DNA of 45,068 bases from a virus. The translations under genes were made by a program, and so were the position numbers. The notes under the pieces are model-generated. The model ran no database searches, had not been told where the DNA came from, and saw nothing but the letters and a program-made list of their open reading frames with translations. Shown here in pieces: positions 33,411-42,976 of the stretch (positions within the stretch are counted from its first letter, which is position 1; each line of letters begins with the position of its first letter). The stretch spans positions 1 through 45,068 of the IMG/VR virus record IMGVR_UViG_3300033549_000082; one strand, written 5' to 3'.

Positions 33411-35762
33411 TTAATATCTATATGGGTCGTTATTGTACATATCGCAAAGAGGAAGACCAGAATCACAAGTCCACTCACAGGTAGAACATATACCAGCGAC
33501 ATAATAGCAACTATAACCAGCCTCATTTATAAATGCTTCTCCACAGAGATAATCACATGCTGTAGTAGGATTCCAACAACTACCAAATTCTAAGCCATGA
33601 CATTTTTCTCCTGAGCATTTGGTATAAAATGTTTTTATTTTACCTATGGTTCTATACATAAGTTCCGTTGCCTCTCCACAGGCAGTTCCACAAACACCAT
33701 AATGCACATCAACAGGTGTCCAATAACCGCCTGTTCCAGCACCTATAATACTATGTTCAACAGTTCTGTTACATAAATCAGTAAATTTAACTGTAACTAC
33801 ACCACAATAGTTATATACAGAACAGACCATACACCCTGTTGAAAGTACTTTTCCATCCGCAGACGCATTTTCAAGCCATACATCAGCACTTTGTCCACCG
33901 ACTATTTCCCAATATCCGTTTCCTGCTCCTGTTCCTGTTCCAGTCTCAGCTTCTATAAGAACACGTGCTTTATCATACATAGCAGCACCAGAATAGTGCC
34001 AAAATTCACTGTCCGAGATATCTAAATCAACAATAGGAGACATAGAGGTATAATATGGGTCGCAATGCCAATTGGCATCAGCAATTCTTCCACATCCATC
34101 TGTAACTGATACTACACCCGATTCTGTTGAGCATGACCTTGTACAATCATTGGTGATAAACATAGGAAAATCACCACCAGATAAAAAATACTTAGGATTA
34201 TTTGTACTATAAGTATTCCCGAATCCGATATTTCCTGCAATATATGCGTCAAGATGATTACTAACATAACTCCCCGCAGGAGTTTGTGAGCATTTAGCAG
34301 AAGGGAAATTACCGTTATTTTCTAAAGATAAAGTTAATATCGGTAATACATAATCGAAAGACGCTGAGAGTAAATTACCATAAATATCCCTAATCGTAAA
34401 AGTATAATGTCCCTCTGTACAAATATTTGATGGAATAACCGCAGAAAGATTATTCCCAATATCAACAACTATTACATCCCCAGAAACAACTACATAGTCA
34501 GTCCCAGGGACTATTATTATTCCAGTTTCTATCGGAGGCACATATACACCTGGAGGAGGTATTATATCAATTTCATCGTCTTCATCAATGACGTATGGAA
34601 AAGGAACTGTTCCACAAATTTCGCAAGAGGGTACGACATTAGTTATACTTGGTTCATACTCATAATCGCCTCTTGAAATTTCTAAAACACGCCAACACAT
34701 AATAGAGTCTGTTAAAGTGATTACTTTATTAACAAAAGCCGAAAGGTCATAATTAGTATATTTATCAGGATACATTTTTAAACAGTCTATTAGTATATAC
34801 GATTTATCTGATGACTCAATTATAGGCATTGGAATGATTATATCAGGTTGTTCGTTTGTTATAGCACATACATAACAGATATCTAAATCAGCACATATAC
34901 TTAAACATATCTCAACAATATTTCCACAAAAATCTTCTATGGTGATTATAATTGCACCTCTAACATCAAAAGAAACAATAAGATTATTTAAAACGGACGG
35001 TGTTGTAATAGTTTGTAATGAAACGCCTGTTTTGGGAGCCATAATACTCCAAGTATATGGAGCAACTCCACCATTAACTGCTATGGTAGTTATCCAGTCT
35101 TCTTTAACAACATTTTGAAACCCTACTCCACCAAAGAAATATTTTTCATCTTGACAAGAATCGAATTGTATCCTTTCTACTGAAATATCAGGTCTTCCAG
35201 GAGATATGGTTGGACCTGTATAATTAAAAGACACAAATTTTGATGGTTTTAAGTAAGTAAAAGCAAATTCTCCGCAATTAAGAACAACAAAAAAATTAGG
35301 TTGTTGTATAGAAGCCATACAATATAACTCAGTATTTGGAGTAAACGTAAACGCTGGATTTGAGCCATCGACAGGATTTCCACCTATCCATATATTGGCT
35401 CTTCCAAACCATATTTTACCGTTAGTAAAATCAACGGCAATTCTTATAGTTTCTCCAGTGCCTGTATAACCACTACCATATGGTACAGTAGTACCATTAA
35501 ACTTACAATTACTTCCATAGCCATAACCACTACTACTACTTCCCACATAATTACTTAAGGCGGCTACATTAGACCCAACACCAACAATATAATTAAGAGT
35601 ACTCCCAGAAACTCCACCAAGATATACCTCAAAATAACGTTTTAAAGTAGACGCCTTTAATACACTTCTAACACTTGTATAAGATCCGCAAGTGTTAAAT
35701 GCTTTCTTATTGTTTGTGTCTGATAAAGTATAGCAAGTACTTTTATCCAATGGATTCCACAT
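33411..35762 (-). CDS. tail fibre/spike protein: N-terminal SPRY (B30.2-like) domain, four Ig-like repeats, Cys-rich C-terminal knot
   Basis: The ORF track gives 33411-35801. The ATG at 35762 (MWNPLDKS) has AAGGAGAGG upstream. SPRY signature: W.P.DK...YFEVY...VGVG...GYGY...G...YG..Y..GETIRIAVDF.NGKIWF...LNCGEFAF.Y. Repeats carry the [VIF]x[VIF]xDxCG/YGN pattern. The last 95 aa or so hold 12 Cys. Confidence 0.6.
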   Translation of the reverse strand: MWNPLDKSTCYTLSDTNNKKAFNTCGSYTSVRSVLKASTLKRYFEVYLGGVSGSTLNYIVGVGSNVAALSNYVGSSSSGYGYGSNCKFNGTTVPYGSGYTGTGETIRIAVDFTNGKIWFGRANIWIGGNPVDGSNPAFTFTPNTELYCMASIQQPNFFVVLNCGEFAFTYLKPSKFVSFNYTGPTISPGRPDISVERIQFDSCQDEKYFFGGVGFQNVVKEDWITTIAVNGGVAPYTWSIMAPKTGVSLQTITTPSVLNNLIVSFDVRGAIIITIEDFCGNIVEICLSICADLDICYVCAITNEQPDIIIPMPIIESSDKSYILIDCLKMYPDKYTNYDLSAFVNKVITLTDSIMCWRVLEISRGDYEYEPSITNVVPSCEICGTVPFPYVIDEDDEIDIIPPPGVYVPPIETGIIIVPGTDYVVVSGDVIVVDIGNNLSAVIPSNICTEGHYTFTIRDIYGNLLSASFDYVLPILTLSLENNGNFPSAKCSQTPAGSYVSNHLDAYIAGNIGFGNTYSTNNPKYFLSGGDFPMFITNDCTRSCSTESGVVSVTDGCGRIADANWHCDPYYTSMSPIVDLDISDSEFWHYSGAAMYDKARVLIEAETGTGTGAGNGYWEIVGGQSADVWLENASADGKVLSTGCMVCSVYNYCGVVTVKFTDLCNRTVEHSIIGAGTGGYWTPVDVHYGVCGTACGEATELMYRTIGKIKTFYTKCSGEKCHGLEFGSCWNPTTACDYLCGEAFINEAGYSCYYVAGICSTCEWTCDSGLPLCDMYNNDPYRY

Positions 35763-35764
35763 AA

Positions 35765-36898
35765 TCAACCTCTCCTTATAAGAATCTGAGATTCCTGCCA
35801 TATTAGATTTTTACTAATATTTATCATCTCCATCGTTATAGCATTCATCCAATCTTTTGACCCCTCGGTATTTCTATGTGTTACTTCTATCTGATATAAC
35901 GCAGCATAAACAACCATATGGGGATATCGAGAGGTAAATATATTCTCTGTTACACCGAGAGTTGTTGTTGACACAGAGGCATTATAAGCTCCGTTAATAA
36001 TAGTCCAATCAGTAAGAGACCTTTCTGTCCATACAGAACCTACGAGAAATTCAACCTTATTTAAACTAAGACTTTTATCAATGTCGGTAAATAATTGAAG
36101 ACGATAAATATCTGCATTTCCAGTAGTGCTATCAATCTTAGTTCCAGCATAGGAAATTGGAGATAATATCTTCTCTGAAATAACATAGTCATCTCTTAAC
36201 AAGGTTTCAGGTATCCACCAAATACCTTCATCTGGCTCTAACATTACAAGAATCTCCATAGCATTAGTAGAAAATGTAAGCCTAATTGATGTAGGTCTAT
36301 ATCCAGTAGCCCATATCTTTGGCTCTAAGGTTATAAGCTTACTTACTCCTATAATAACACCTTCTATATTTGCAGGAGTAATAGTCTTAATATCATCAGT
36401 CAATTCAGCACTATAATAATCACCACAAATTTCTATAATATAGTCTTTATCTGCTGCTGGAGAGAATAAAATTACATCCTCTGAAAAGTTTTCTAAGGCA
36501 GTAGTAGAAAAGAAAGTGTCTATACCTTCACCAGAAAATTGTGAATTTACAATGGTGTAGTATGTTGGTCTTCCTAAATTCGTTGACGCTAAGAAGTTAT
36601 AATAGCTTAAAAATCCCTGAAAGCCCATAAAACATAATGGGGTTCTTATTGAATCACAATAAGCAAAAATAGAGTATATGCTCCTTAAATTTTTTATTTT
36701 AACATAATTATCGCCAGCATTTACCTTAACACTGAACGACTTAAATGACATTCTTGTATTAAATAAGTCATCAAGCATCCTTATTCCAGCATTTATATAG
36801 AAATTACAGCCATTATCAACCTCATAATCATCATCAACTACAAGGTCTCTCATTCCATTTATTTCTATGATTTTTTTTCTGATGTCTTTAAGTTTCAT
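35765..36898 (-). CDS. structural protein following the capsid gene (377 aa; adaptor or tail-tubular candidate)
   Basis: GAGGTG upstream. First gene after the post-capsid hairpin. Confidence 0.5.
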   Translation of the reverse strand: MKLKDIRKKIIEINGMRDLVVDDDYEVDNGCNFYINAGIRMLDDLFNTRMSFKSFSVKVNAGDNYVKIKNLRSIYSIFAYCDSIRTPLCFMGFQGFLSYYNFLASTNLGRPTYYTIVNSQFSGEGIDTFFSTTALENFSEDVILFSPAADKDYIIEICGDYYSAELTDDIKTITPANIEGVIIGVSKLITLEPKIWATGYRPTSIRLTFSTNAMEILVMLEPDEGIWWIPETLLRDDYVISEKILSPISYAGTKIDSTTGNADIYRLQLFTDIDKSLSLNKVEFLVGSVWTERSLTDWTIINGAYNASVSTTTLGVTENIFTSRYPHMVVYAALYQIEVTHRNTEGSKDWMNAITMEMINISKNLIWQESQILIRRG

Positions 36899-36933
36899 TT
36901 TTCACCTCAGTTTATTTTTTGACTCCAGTTTAA

Positions 36934-36958
36934 AGTGCAGCTATTTGATAACTGCACT
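36934..36958 (-). terminator. hairpin downstream of the major capsid gene (partial terminator or processing site)
   Basis: Minus strand reads AGTGCAG-ttatcaaatag-CTGCACT followed by TTAAA. It starts 10 nt after the capsid stop. Confidence 0.4.
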
Positions 36959-36967
36959 CTAAAATGA

Positions 36968-38344
36968 TTAAGATTTATCACTACCAAAACCCGAAAGAAT
37001 AGCCATCTTACAAGGATGACGGTACTTTAATCCTTCTTCAGTAAGAAAACACTCCTTTTTACCATCAAACCACGCATTTCCAATGTTACTTTTACCGTCT
37101 CCGTCAATATAGATAGTTTTCTGAAGAGTTCTTCTACCTATATCTTTAGGGTCAAAGATGATAACCGTTCCCTTAGAATATGAATCTATAGACATAAGCG
37201 GATGTGTTTTCAAAAGAAGGGAATAGCCAAGAATTTCCCACCTGTTAATATTTATGCCATACGCAATAGTATCAGGTTTAAACGCAAATGATGAAGACGG
37301 CATTCCCTCGATAAGATTTTGTACTGCAAGTTTAGCATAACCATCACAGAAGCCCATCCTTTCAGTACCACCAAGTCTGAATATTTTCTCCATCTTTATG
37401 TTAATCCATTCACGTCCAAAACCTTCCCAAGTACTTCCAGCAGGCACGTCAGGGTCAGTTCTGAAGTCAGCTATAACAGGTTTAAATGGGTTGGGGTCAT
37501 TAAGGTATGCGTCCATTATCGCCCCCATAAGACCCATAGAAAGACGTTTTACCTTACCATTTAATCCTATAGCCTCAGACTTAATAGGATTATAAAGAAA
37601 CGCATATTCTCTGTCAATAGCGTGAAGTCTCAGTGTTTTACGTTTCTCGTCAGCATAGTTGCCATTATTGCCATATCTAAGGTCTGTTTGTGTCGCAGTT
37701 CTGGTCATCTCAAGTGTATTAAGAAAAATTTGACTAAAATTACTTCTCTTAATAGGATTATAGACCTTACTTTCAGGCATACCCGAACCTTCGGGAAATG
37801 CAGAACCAGCCCTTTGAATATACTTTATAGATGTGGAAGAAGGAACGACCATACCGAGACTGAAGTCTCCATTTAATATCCTGATTGCCACATAACTTGA
37901 CGTATCAACGTAATTTACACCAACTACCTCACCAAAGTAGGATATATTTACCCCTGATGTTGGGTGAACACCCCTAAGCCATGCGTTACTGCCTTGATTA
38001 AAATGTCTGGCTACCTCTTCAGTAGTTCTGATATAGGCTATAGGATTAGTTGTAAAGTTAGTATTATCCACCGTAAGTAATGAAGAAGTATTACAGCTAG
38101 TTACATTACCTCCAAGAACAAAAGGCATTTCTTCAAACCAATGAAATTCGGGGTCGCTAATACTACTGTCCTTTCCAAGACCTAAAATTGCAGTTAAGGG
38201 AACATCTCCATTCCACTCAACAAATTGAATAACATCATCAATACTAAGCTTTCTTGCATCAACTCTTCCAGTTCCTTGGTCTATAGGAAAGTCCTTAGTA
38301 CTAACCATTCCGCAGAATGGTTTAAAATCAAAATATTTAGGCAT
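36968..38344 (-). CDS. major capsid protein (HK97-fold type inferred)
   Basis: 458 aa, directly after the scaffold gene. The N-terminal pattern ...LTAILGLGKDSSISDPEFHWFEE... resembles the conserved L..lg......np.feW.E segment of podoviral capsid proteins. Strong SD. Confidence 0.75.
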   Translation of the reverse strand: MPKYFDFKPFCGMVSTKDFPIDQGTGRVDARKLSIDDVIQFVEWNGDVPLTAILGLGKDSSISDPEFHWFEEMPFVLGGNVTSCNTSSLLTVDNTNFTTNPIAYIRTTEEVARHFNQGSNAWLRGVHPTSGVNISYFGEVVGVNYVDTSSYVAIRILNGDFSLGMVVPSSTSIKYIQRAGSAFPEGSGMPESKVYNPIKRSNFSQIFLNTLEMTRTATQTDLRYGNNGNYADEKRKTLRLHAIDREYAFLYNPIKSEAIGLNGKVKRLSMGLMGAIMDAYLNDPNPFKPVIADFRTDPDVPAGSTWEGFGREWINIKMEKIFRLGGTERMGFCDGYAKLAVQNLIEGMPSSSFAFKPDTIAYGININRWEILGYSLLLKTHPLMSIDSYSKGTVIIFDPKDIGRRTLQKTIYIDGDGKSNIGNAWFDGKKECFLTEEGLKYRHPCKMAILSGFGSDKS

Positions 38345-38356
38345 TTTTTATCCTCC

Positions 38357-38692
38357 TTAAAAGGGAATAACTAAGTTAACCATAGTATCCCCATTAGAAT
38401 AGTATATATGTCTGGTTACATCCTCAGCCAAAGCACCAACAGACAGATTACCGAAATATACACTAATAGAGATATTAGTATCATTGATTATACCGACAAC
38501 TCTCCCAGTAAGTTCGCAGGCAGACGGTAACTTAATAGTAGGAGATACGGTGCTTGCTCCAATGAACTTATATACAGAAGCTACGGTATTTATGACAATC
38601 GGGCTTGCTGTAACAGGTTCTATATTCGTTACATACTGCTCAAAAACTACATCATTAGCTCTTGAACCTAAAGTTGTATCCATTGTAGGCAT
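38357..38692 (-). CDS. small beta-rich protein between scaffold and capsid (possible decoration or head protein)
   Basis: 111 aa. Shares the motif LP-x-A-x4-G-x2-[VI]-x-[VI]-x-[NH] with ORF 43600-44226. Confidence 0.5.
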   Translation of the reverse strand: MPTMDTTLGSRANDVVFEQYVTNIEPVTASPIVINTVASVYKFIGASTVSPTIKLPSACELTGRVVGIINDTNISISVYFGNLSVGALAEDVTRHIYYSNGDTMVNLVIPF

Positions 38693-38695
38693 TGC

Positions 38696-39397
38696 TTAAT
38701 CCTCCATTCCTAAAAGTTGTTTAATTGTCTTACTCTCTGAGTCTTCTTTTGCAGATGGCTTTCTTGAAGGTGTACCTGTTTTAGTAGGAACAGTTGCTTT
38801 AGCCTTTTTTGATATTCCCATTCCTGTTAATGCTCTGTTTCCTACCTCTTCCAATGTTTTCTCAATGTCCCAGTCAGGGTGTTCCACCAATACCTTCTCC
38901 GTAATTGTTCTAACATATTCCTTATTCTCTGCTAATAACGGATAGTCCGCATAGAATTTATCCCTTCTTTCAGCCAAAGCTCTTTGCGACATAATTTGTT
39001 GCGTTACCATTTCAGGTAACACCCTCATCGAATTTAACATTGCATTTTTAACGGCAAAAGACGCAACACGATTAAGCATCTTATTTAATGCACCTTTATC
39101 AAATTCATCCTCAACACCTGCTAAAAAATTCTCATTAAACTCAACGCCAATCTCTTTTTTAGGCTCTGTATCTGCTTTATCAGCAGTATGAGAAGCAATC
39201 TTTTCTAATTCTGCCCTCAAAGCTGTATTGGCTTGTTTAAGCTCTGTAAGTTCATCAGGTATTTCCTCTTTCGTAACGGACTCCTTATCAACTACAGCTT
39301 CTTTTTCACCCTCAATTACCTCCTCTGGTTTATTTACTTCTTTATTCTCCTTTTCTTCTTTTTCTTGTATATTTAAAACATCTTCTACTATGCTCAT
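38696..39397 (-). CDS. scaffolding protein
   Basis: 233 aa, highly acidic N-terminus (EKEEKENKE...), coiled-coil-like. Sits between portal and capsid. Confidence 0.6.
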   Translation of the reverse strand: MSIVEDVLNIQEKEEKENKEVNKPEEVIEGEKEAVVDKESVTKEEIPDELTELKQANTALRAELEKIASHTADKADTEPKKEIGVEFNENFLAGVEDEFDKGALNKMLNRVASFAVKNAMLNSMRVLPEMVTQQIMSQRALAERRDKFYADYPLLAENKEYVRTITEKVLVEHPDWDIEKTLEEVGNRALTGMGISKKAKATVPTKTGTPSRKPSAKEDSESKTIKQLLGMED

Positions 39398-39612
39398 AAC
39401 CCCTCCTTTTGTTTTTCCAAGTTCATAAATATGCTTAATATTTCTTCTATCGTTATATACTGTCCACGAATGATATTAGACCTATCATGGCTTGTATTTA
39501 GGCATAATATCTCTCTTTCAAGCATTTCACGTTGCTCTTTTAGAGAACTAACTATTCTTTCATGAAACGAAGAAGAAAAATATTTAACAAGTTCATCTTT
39601 TGATAGATTCAT
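39394..39612 (-). CDS. hypothetical protein (72 aa)
   Basis: ATGA overlap with the scaffold gene. Confidence 0.5.
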   Translation of the reverse strand: MNLSKDELVKYFSSSFHERIVSSLKEQREMLEREILCLNTSHDRSNIIRGQYITIEEILSIFMNLEKQKEGL

Positions 39613-39613
39613 A

Positions 39614-40309
39614 TCATTTTCCTATAAAATATTTGAGATATTCAGAGGCTAAATTACCGCTTTCGCCTTTAGAGAACTCTCCAGATTTAAGTTTACCCTT
39701 AGCAAAACTACGCATCGGGTCGCTTCTAAAAGCATTAGTGAGTTCCTTCCGTAAGAGTTTTCCTTCTACCGTTCTTCCATCAATAGTAGAAAGTCTGTTA
39801 GTCAAACTTCTTAAAAACTCCTTAGTACTAAACGCTTTACCCACTGTAGAAAATGCTCCTGCACCTCCCAATAACAAAGGTAAAATTTCCATAAGTTTAT
39901 CTTCAGATGTTTTAGGCTCAGGTTCAGGATTAGGCATATCTACATTAACTCCATTTACACCTTGAGTATAAATAGACGAATTTAAATTTGAATTTATATC
40001 TCCTTTAAGTCCGCCAGTATCCATAGGATACTCTTCAGGCGAAAGTATTTCACTTATCTTAGGAGCATCGTCTTCGGCATAAGGAGTGCCTTGTTCAAGC
40101 TTCTTACGTTTAATAGCATTTATAGCATCTTGTACGCTGGAAGGTGTTACATAAACAGAACTATCAAAATCTTTAGCCGCAGTGAGTTCATCAATAGCTT
40201 CATCAAGTCTGTCTTCTGGCAAACCAGATAAAATCTCCAGTGTTCTTGCTACCATATTATTATGTTCTTTATTTTTCTTAACCAGATGTTTGATTCGTTG
40301 CTTTGGCAT
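39614..40309 (-). CDS. hypothetical head-module protein (232 aa)
   Basis: The ORF track gives 39614-40327 with a TTG start. The ATG at 40309 has AGGAGG 3 nt upstream. Overlaps the portal 3' end. Confidence 0.5.
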   Translation of the reverse strand: MPKQRIKHLVKKNKEHNNMVARTLEILSGLPEDRLDEAIDELTAAKDFDSSVYVTPSSVQDAINAIKRKKLEQGTPYAEDDAPKISEILSPEEYPMDTGGLKGDINSNLNSSIYTQGVNGVNVDMPNPEPEPKTSEDKLMEILPLLLGGAGAFSTVGKAFSTKEFLRSLTNRLSTIDGRTVEGKLLRKELTNAFRSDPMRSFAKGKLKSGEFSKGESGNLASEYLKYFIGK

Positions 40310-42143
40310 ATTCCTCCTGTGGAACAATGTTTCCTGCTTGTGCTTCTTTTCTTACATGCTCAGTTGAAGCCAACCTTATAAATGTATCAGCGTTCTTTAC
40401 TCCAGCCTGAGTAAAACACTCCGAAAATATTCTGGTAATATCAAATTTTTCATAAAGTTCTTTGTTAGATGAAATAATTTCAATCATCTTTAAATAAAGA
40501 TTACTTAACGTAGGTTTAGGAACTGAGCCATCCCTTGTAATTATATCAAAATCTATTTGAAGCATATCTGGAGTAACAATTTGCCTACTACCAGAAGCAA
40601 TTCCATGATTTTTCATTAGGGTCTCAGTCCATCTACCAGTCATTTTCAAATACCTTGACTTAGATAACATAAGACTATTTAATTTGGCAAATATTATACC
40701 TAACGGCTTCATCAATTGCTCACTATAAAGCATCCCCATTCTTTCGAGTCTTGTATAAAAAGAATGTTGAGTACCTTCAAATTCAGCACCTGTAAGTCGT
40801 TCAGGTCCACTTCTCCTAAGCATACCCATAGTTGCTTCATCTGCTCCACCTATTCTTTCCATCGCTTGAATAACAATAGGTATATCTCTCATATGATTTT
40901 GAGTTACGTCATTTATAGGAACTTGAAAAATAGCATCTCCAATACTCTGTCCAAACATAGCACGTTCAACTCTAACAACACCTCCGCCTTGTTCCTTAGC
41001 TAAAGTAAAATCTGCGGCATTTATACGATACGGGTCAATCACATGAATATTGTTTACTGCTTGTTGAACTGCTTTGATGTGTGAATTAAAAAGCCAATCA
41101 ACAATCCCCTGAAGTCCATATAAAGACTCCATCTTGGAAAGAGGAGAAATTGAGTACCCATCTGGGTCAGGAGTTCCAGAAACTATTGGTAAATCAGAAG
41201 AAATATTAACTAAAGGCATAGCCCTTATCAATACCGAATCTGCGGCAATAGAAAACCACCAATTTTCAGGTACTTCTGAGTCTCCAAAATCTAACTCTTT
41301 AGGAATAATATTAACAAATAAATTTACCACTTCAAAACTTTTAGCTATTGATTCATCAGTTGATAATACACGTTGAATCCCAGTTCTTGTACTTCTTTTA
41401 GACATATCTATACCAAATGTAGATGTACGATTCCGCAAATGCCTTAAATACTTAACATTAAACAAAGCTTTATCGTCTTGTACTACTAACTTATTATACG
41501 TCTCCGTACTAATCCAACCAAAAAAGCTACCTTTTTTTGCTTCATGTGAAGCTAAATTAGGGTCGGGAAATGCAAGATACGGGTCTATGTTTTGAAGCCC
41601 TATTCCCTCAAAGCCTGTAACATGGTCAGTCTCCCATATAGGAATACTATAACCTACACCATAAATAAGCCCATCTCTAAATAATGTATGTAATGGCAAT
41701 CTTAATCCAGCTTTCTCACATTGTAATTCGATAAGCTTTTCAAGTAGAATTGCTCCCAACTCATCTTCAGGAGCTACTCCCTCGTACATAAAAATTGGAG
41801 TAGATAAAAATACCGAAGAAAGATAAGAAAGTAATGCCTCCAAAATAGCATAACTATACGGAAACACAATAGGAACAGGCTTATTATTATCTTTATCCAA
41901 CTTCTCCTTTTCCGTTAAGTCAACAAATCCAGTCATAACATAGTCTATTTCATTCCAAGCATTATAACGACTTGAAATAACTCTTGATGAATTAGACATC
42001 AAAGTAAGAAGTTTATCTACTAATTTATTATGATAATCCGAATTAGGAGATAAATCATGTCCTCCTATATATTCGTAATCATACTTTATATCGTGTAGAT
42101 TTTCTAAATACCTTTCAGAACTACTGACTATTGTATTGCCCAT
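40278..42143 (-). CDS. portal protein
   Basis: 621 aa, the largest head-module ORF, immediately upstream of the scaffold/capsid block. GGTGAGG SD. Confidence 0.72.
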   Translation of the reverse strand: MGNTIVSSSERYLENLHDIKYDYEYIGGHDLSPNSDYHNKLVDKLLTLMSNSSRVISSRYNAWNEIDYVMTGFVDLTEKEKLDKDNNKPVPIVFPYSYAILEALLSYLSSVFLSTPIFMYEGVAPEDELGAILLEKLIELQCEKAGLRLPLHTLFRDGLIYGVGYSIPIWETDHVTGFEGIGLQNIDPYLAFPDPNLASHEAKKGSFFGWISTETYNKLVVQDDKALFNVKYLRHLRNRTSTFGIDMSKRSTRTGIQRVLSTDESIAKSFEVVNLFVNIIPKELDFGDSEVPENWWFSIAADSVLIRAMPLVNISSDLPIVSGTPDPDGYSISPLSKMESLYGLQGIVDWLFNSHIKAVQQAVNNIHVIDPYRINAADFTLAKEQGGGVVRVERAMFGQSIGDAIFQVPINDVTQNHMRDIPIVIQAMERIGGADEATMGMLRRSGPERLTGAEFEGTQHSFYTRLERMGMLYSEQLMKPLGIIFAKLNSLMLSKSRYLKMTGRWTETLMKNHGIASGSRQIVTPDMLQIDFDIITRDGSVPKPTLSNLYLKMIEIISSNKELYEKFDITRIFSECFTQAGVKNADTFIRLASTEHVRKEAQAGNIVPQEEYAKATNQTSG

Positions 42144-42157
42144 ATCCTCACCTGTGT

Positions 42158-42706
42158 TTAATTTTTGAATTTAGATTTTTTTAACCTGTTATAAGCAGAC
42201 TCCAATCTTAAGTCATATCTATTCTTTTTATAACCCTTTCCATTATAGAGTCTTGCAAAGGTAGAAAAGTGTTTATTTCTTAAAGCTTCATCTAATCCCC
42301 TAAACTTAAGTAAGTTAACAAAGGCTTTAAGATGGTTATTTTCATCTGACATGGCATCAACAAATTCTACAACTGTATTATAACCAGCTTCTTTATAATT
42401 GAAGCCCATTATCTGAAATTTTCCCCATGAGGTTGCCTTCAATGCAGCATTAAGGTCAAGAGCCATAGCATCATCAAGACGCTTCCATTCTTTCTCTCCA
42501 CCAATATAGTTACGTACCCATTTATTAGTGCTAAGATTAGGATGACTCCTATCGTAATGTCCCTTTGTAAATTTATGAAATTGAAAAGATTCAAACAGAA
42601 TCTTAGGTTTTCCTGACTTTAACATTCCATCTCCGAAAGCTTCTACCTCAGCTACCGCCATAAGCATCTCAACTTCACACCCAAGTTCTTTTGCAGCAGA
42701 TATCAT
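42158..42706 (-). CDS. endolysin, N-acetylmuramidase of the DUF3380/PF11860 type
   Basis: Motifs FESFQFHKFT, WGKFQIMGFNYKEAGY and FARLYNGKGYKKNRYDLRL. The ATG at 42706 starts 17 nt after the holin stop. The ORF track extends to a GTG at 42733. Confidence 0.82.
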   Translation of the reverse strand: MISAAKELGCEVEMLMAVAEVEAFGDGMLKSGKPKILFESFQFHKFTKGHYDRSHPNLSTNKWVRNYIGGEKEWKRLDDAMALDLNAALKATSWGKFQIMGFNYKEAGYNTVVEFVDAMSDENNHLKAFVNLLKFRGLDEALRNKHFSTFARLYNGKGYKKNRYDLRLESAYNRLKKSKFKN

Positions 42707-42722
42707 GGAAACAGACCTTCTT

Positions 42723-42965
42723 CTAATTTCCACTCCTGTAATCGGGAATATCTACAGGAGCAGAATTCTTTACTGCGTATGCGTTAATGTCTGATATAAT
42801 AACGTCTTTACTTAACGTATCTCTTAAACAAACACATGCAACAAATACAAATATGTCGGCTGCTTGGTCTAACGCCTGATTATTTAACGTTATTCCAGCA
42901 ATCTTCGTTCCTGCTCCAATTATAGAAGCCCAAAAAGTCTTAGTTTTCAGTAATTTTTTAAACAT
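42723..42965 (-). CDS. putative holin (2 TM, 80 aa)
   Basis: Hydrophobic segments FWASIIGAGTKIAGITL and ADIFVFVACVCL with a charged C-terminus. Immediately upstream of the endolysin. AAGGAG 7 nt upstream. Confidence 0.55.
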   Translation of the reverse strand: MFKKLLKTKTFWASIIGAGTKIAGITLNNQALDQAADIFVFVACVCLRDTLSKDVIISDINAYAVKNSAPVDIPDYRSGN

Positions 42966-42976
42966 TTTTCTTCTCC

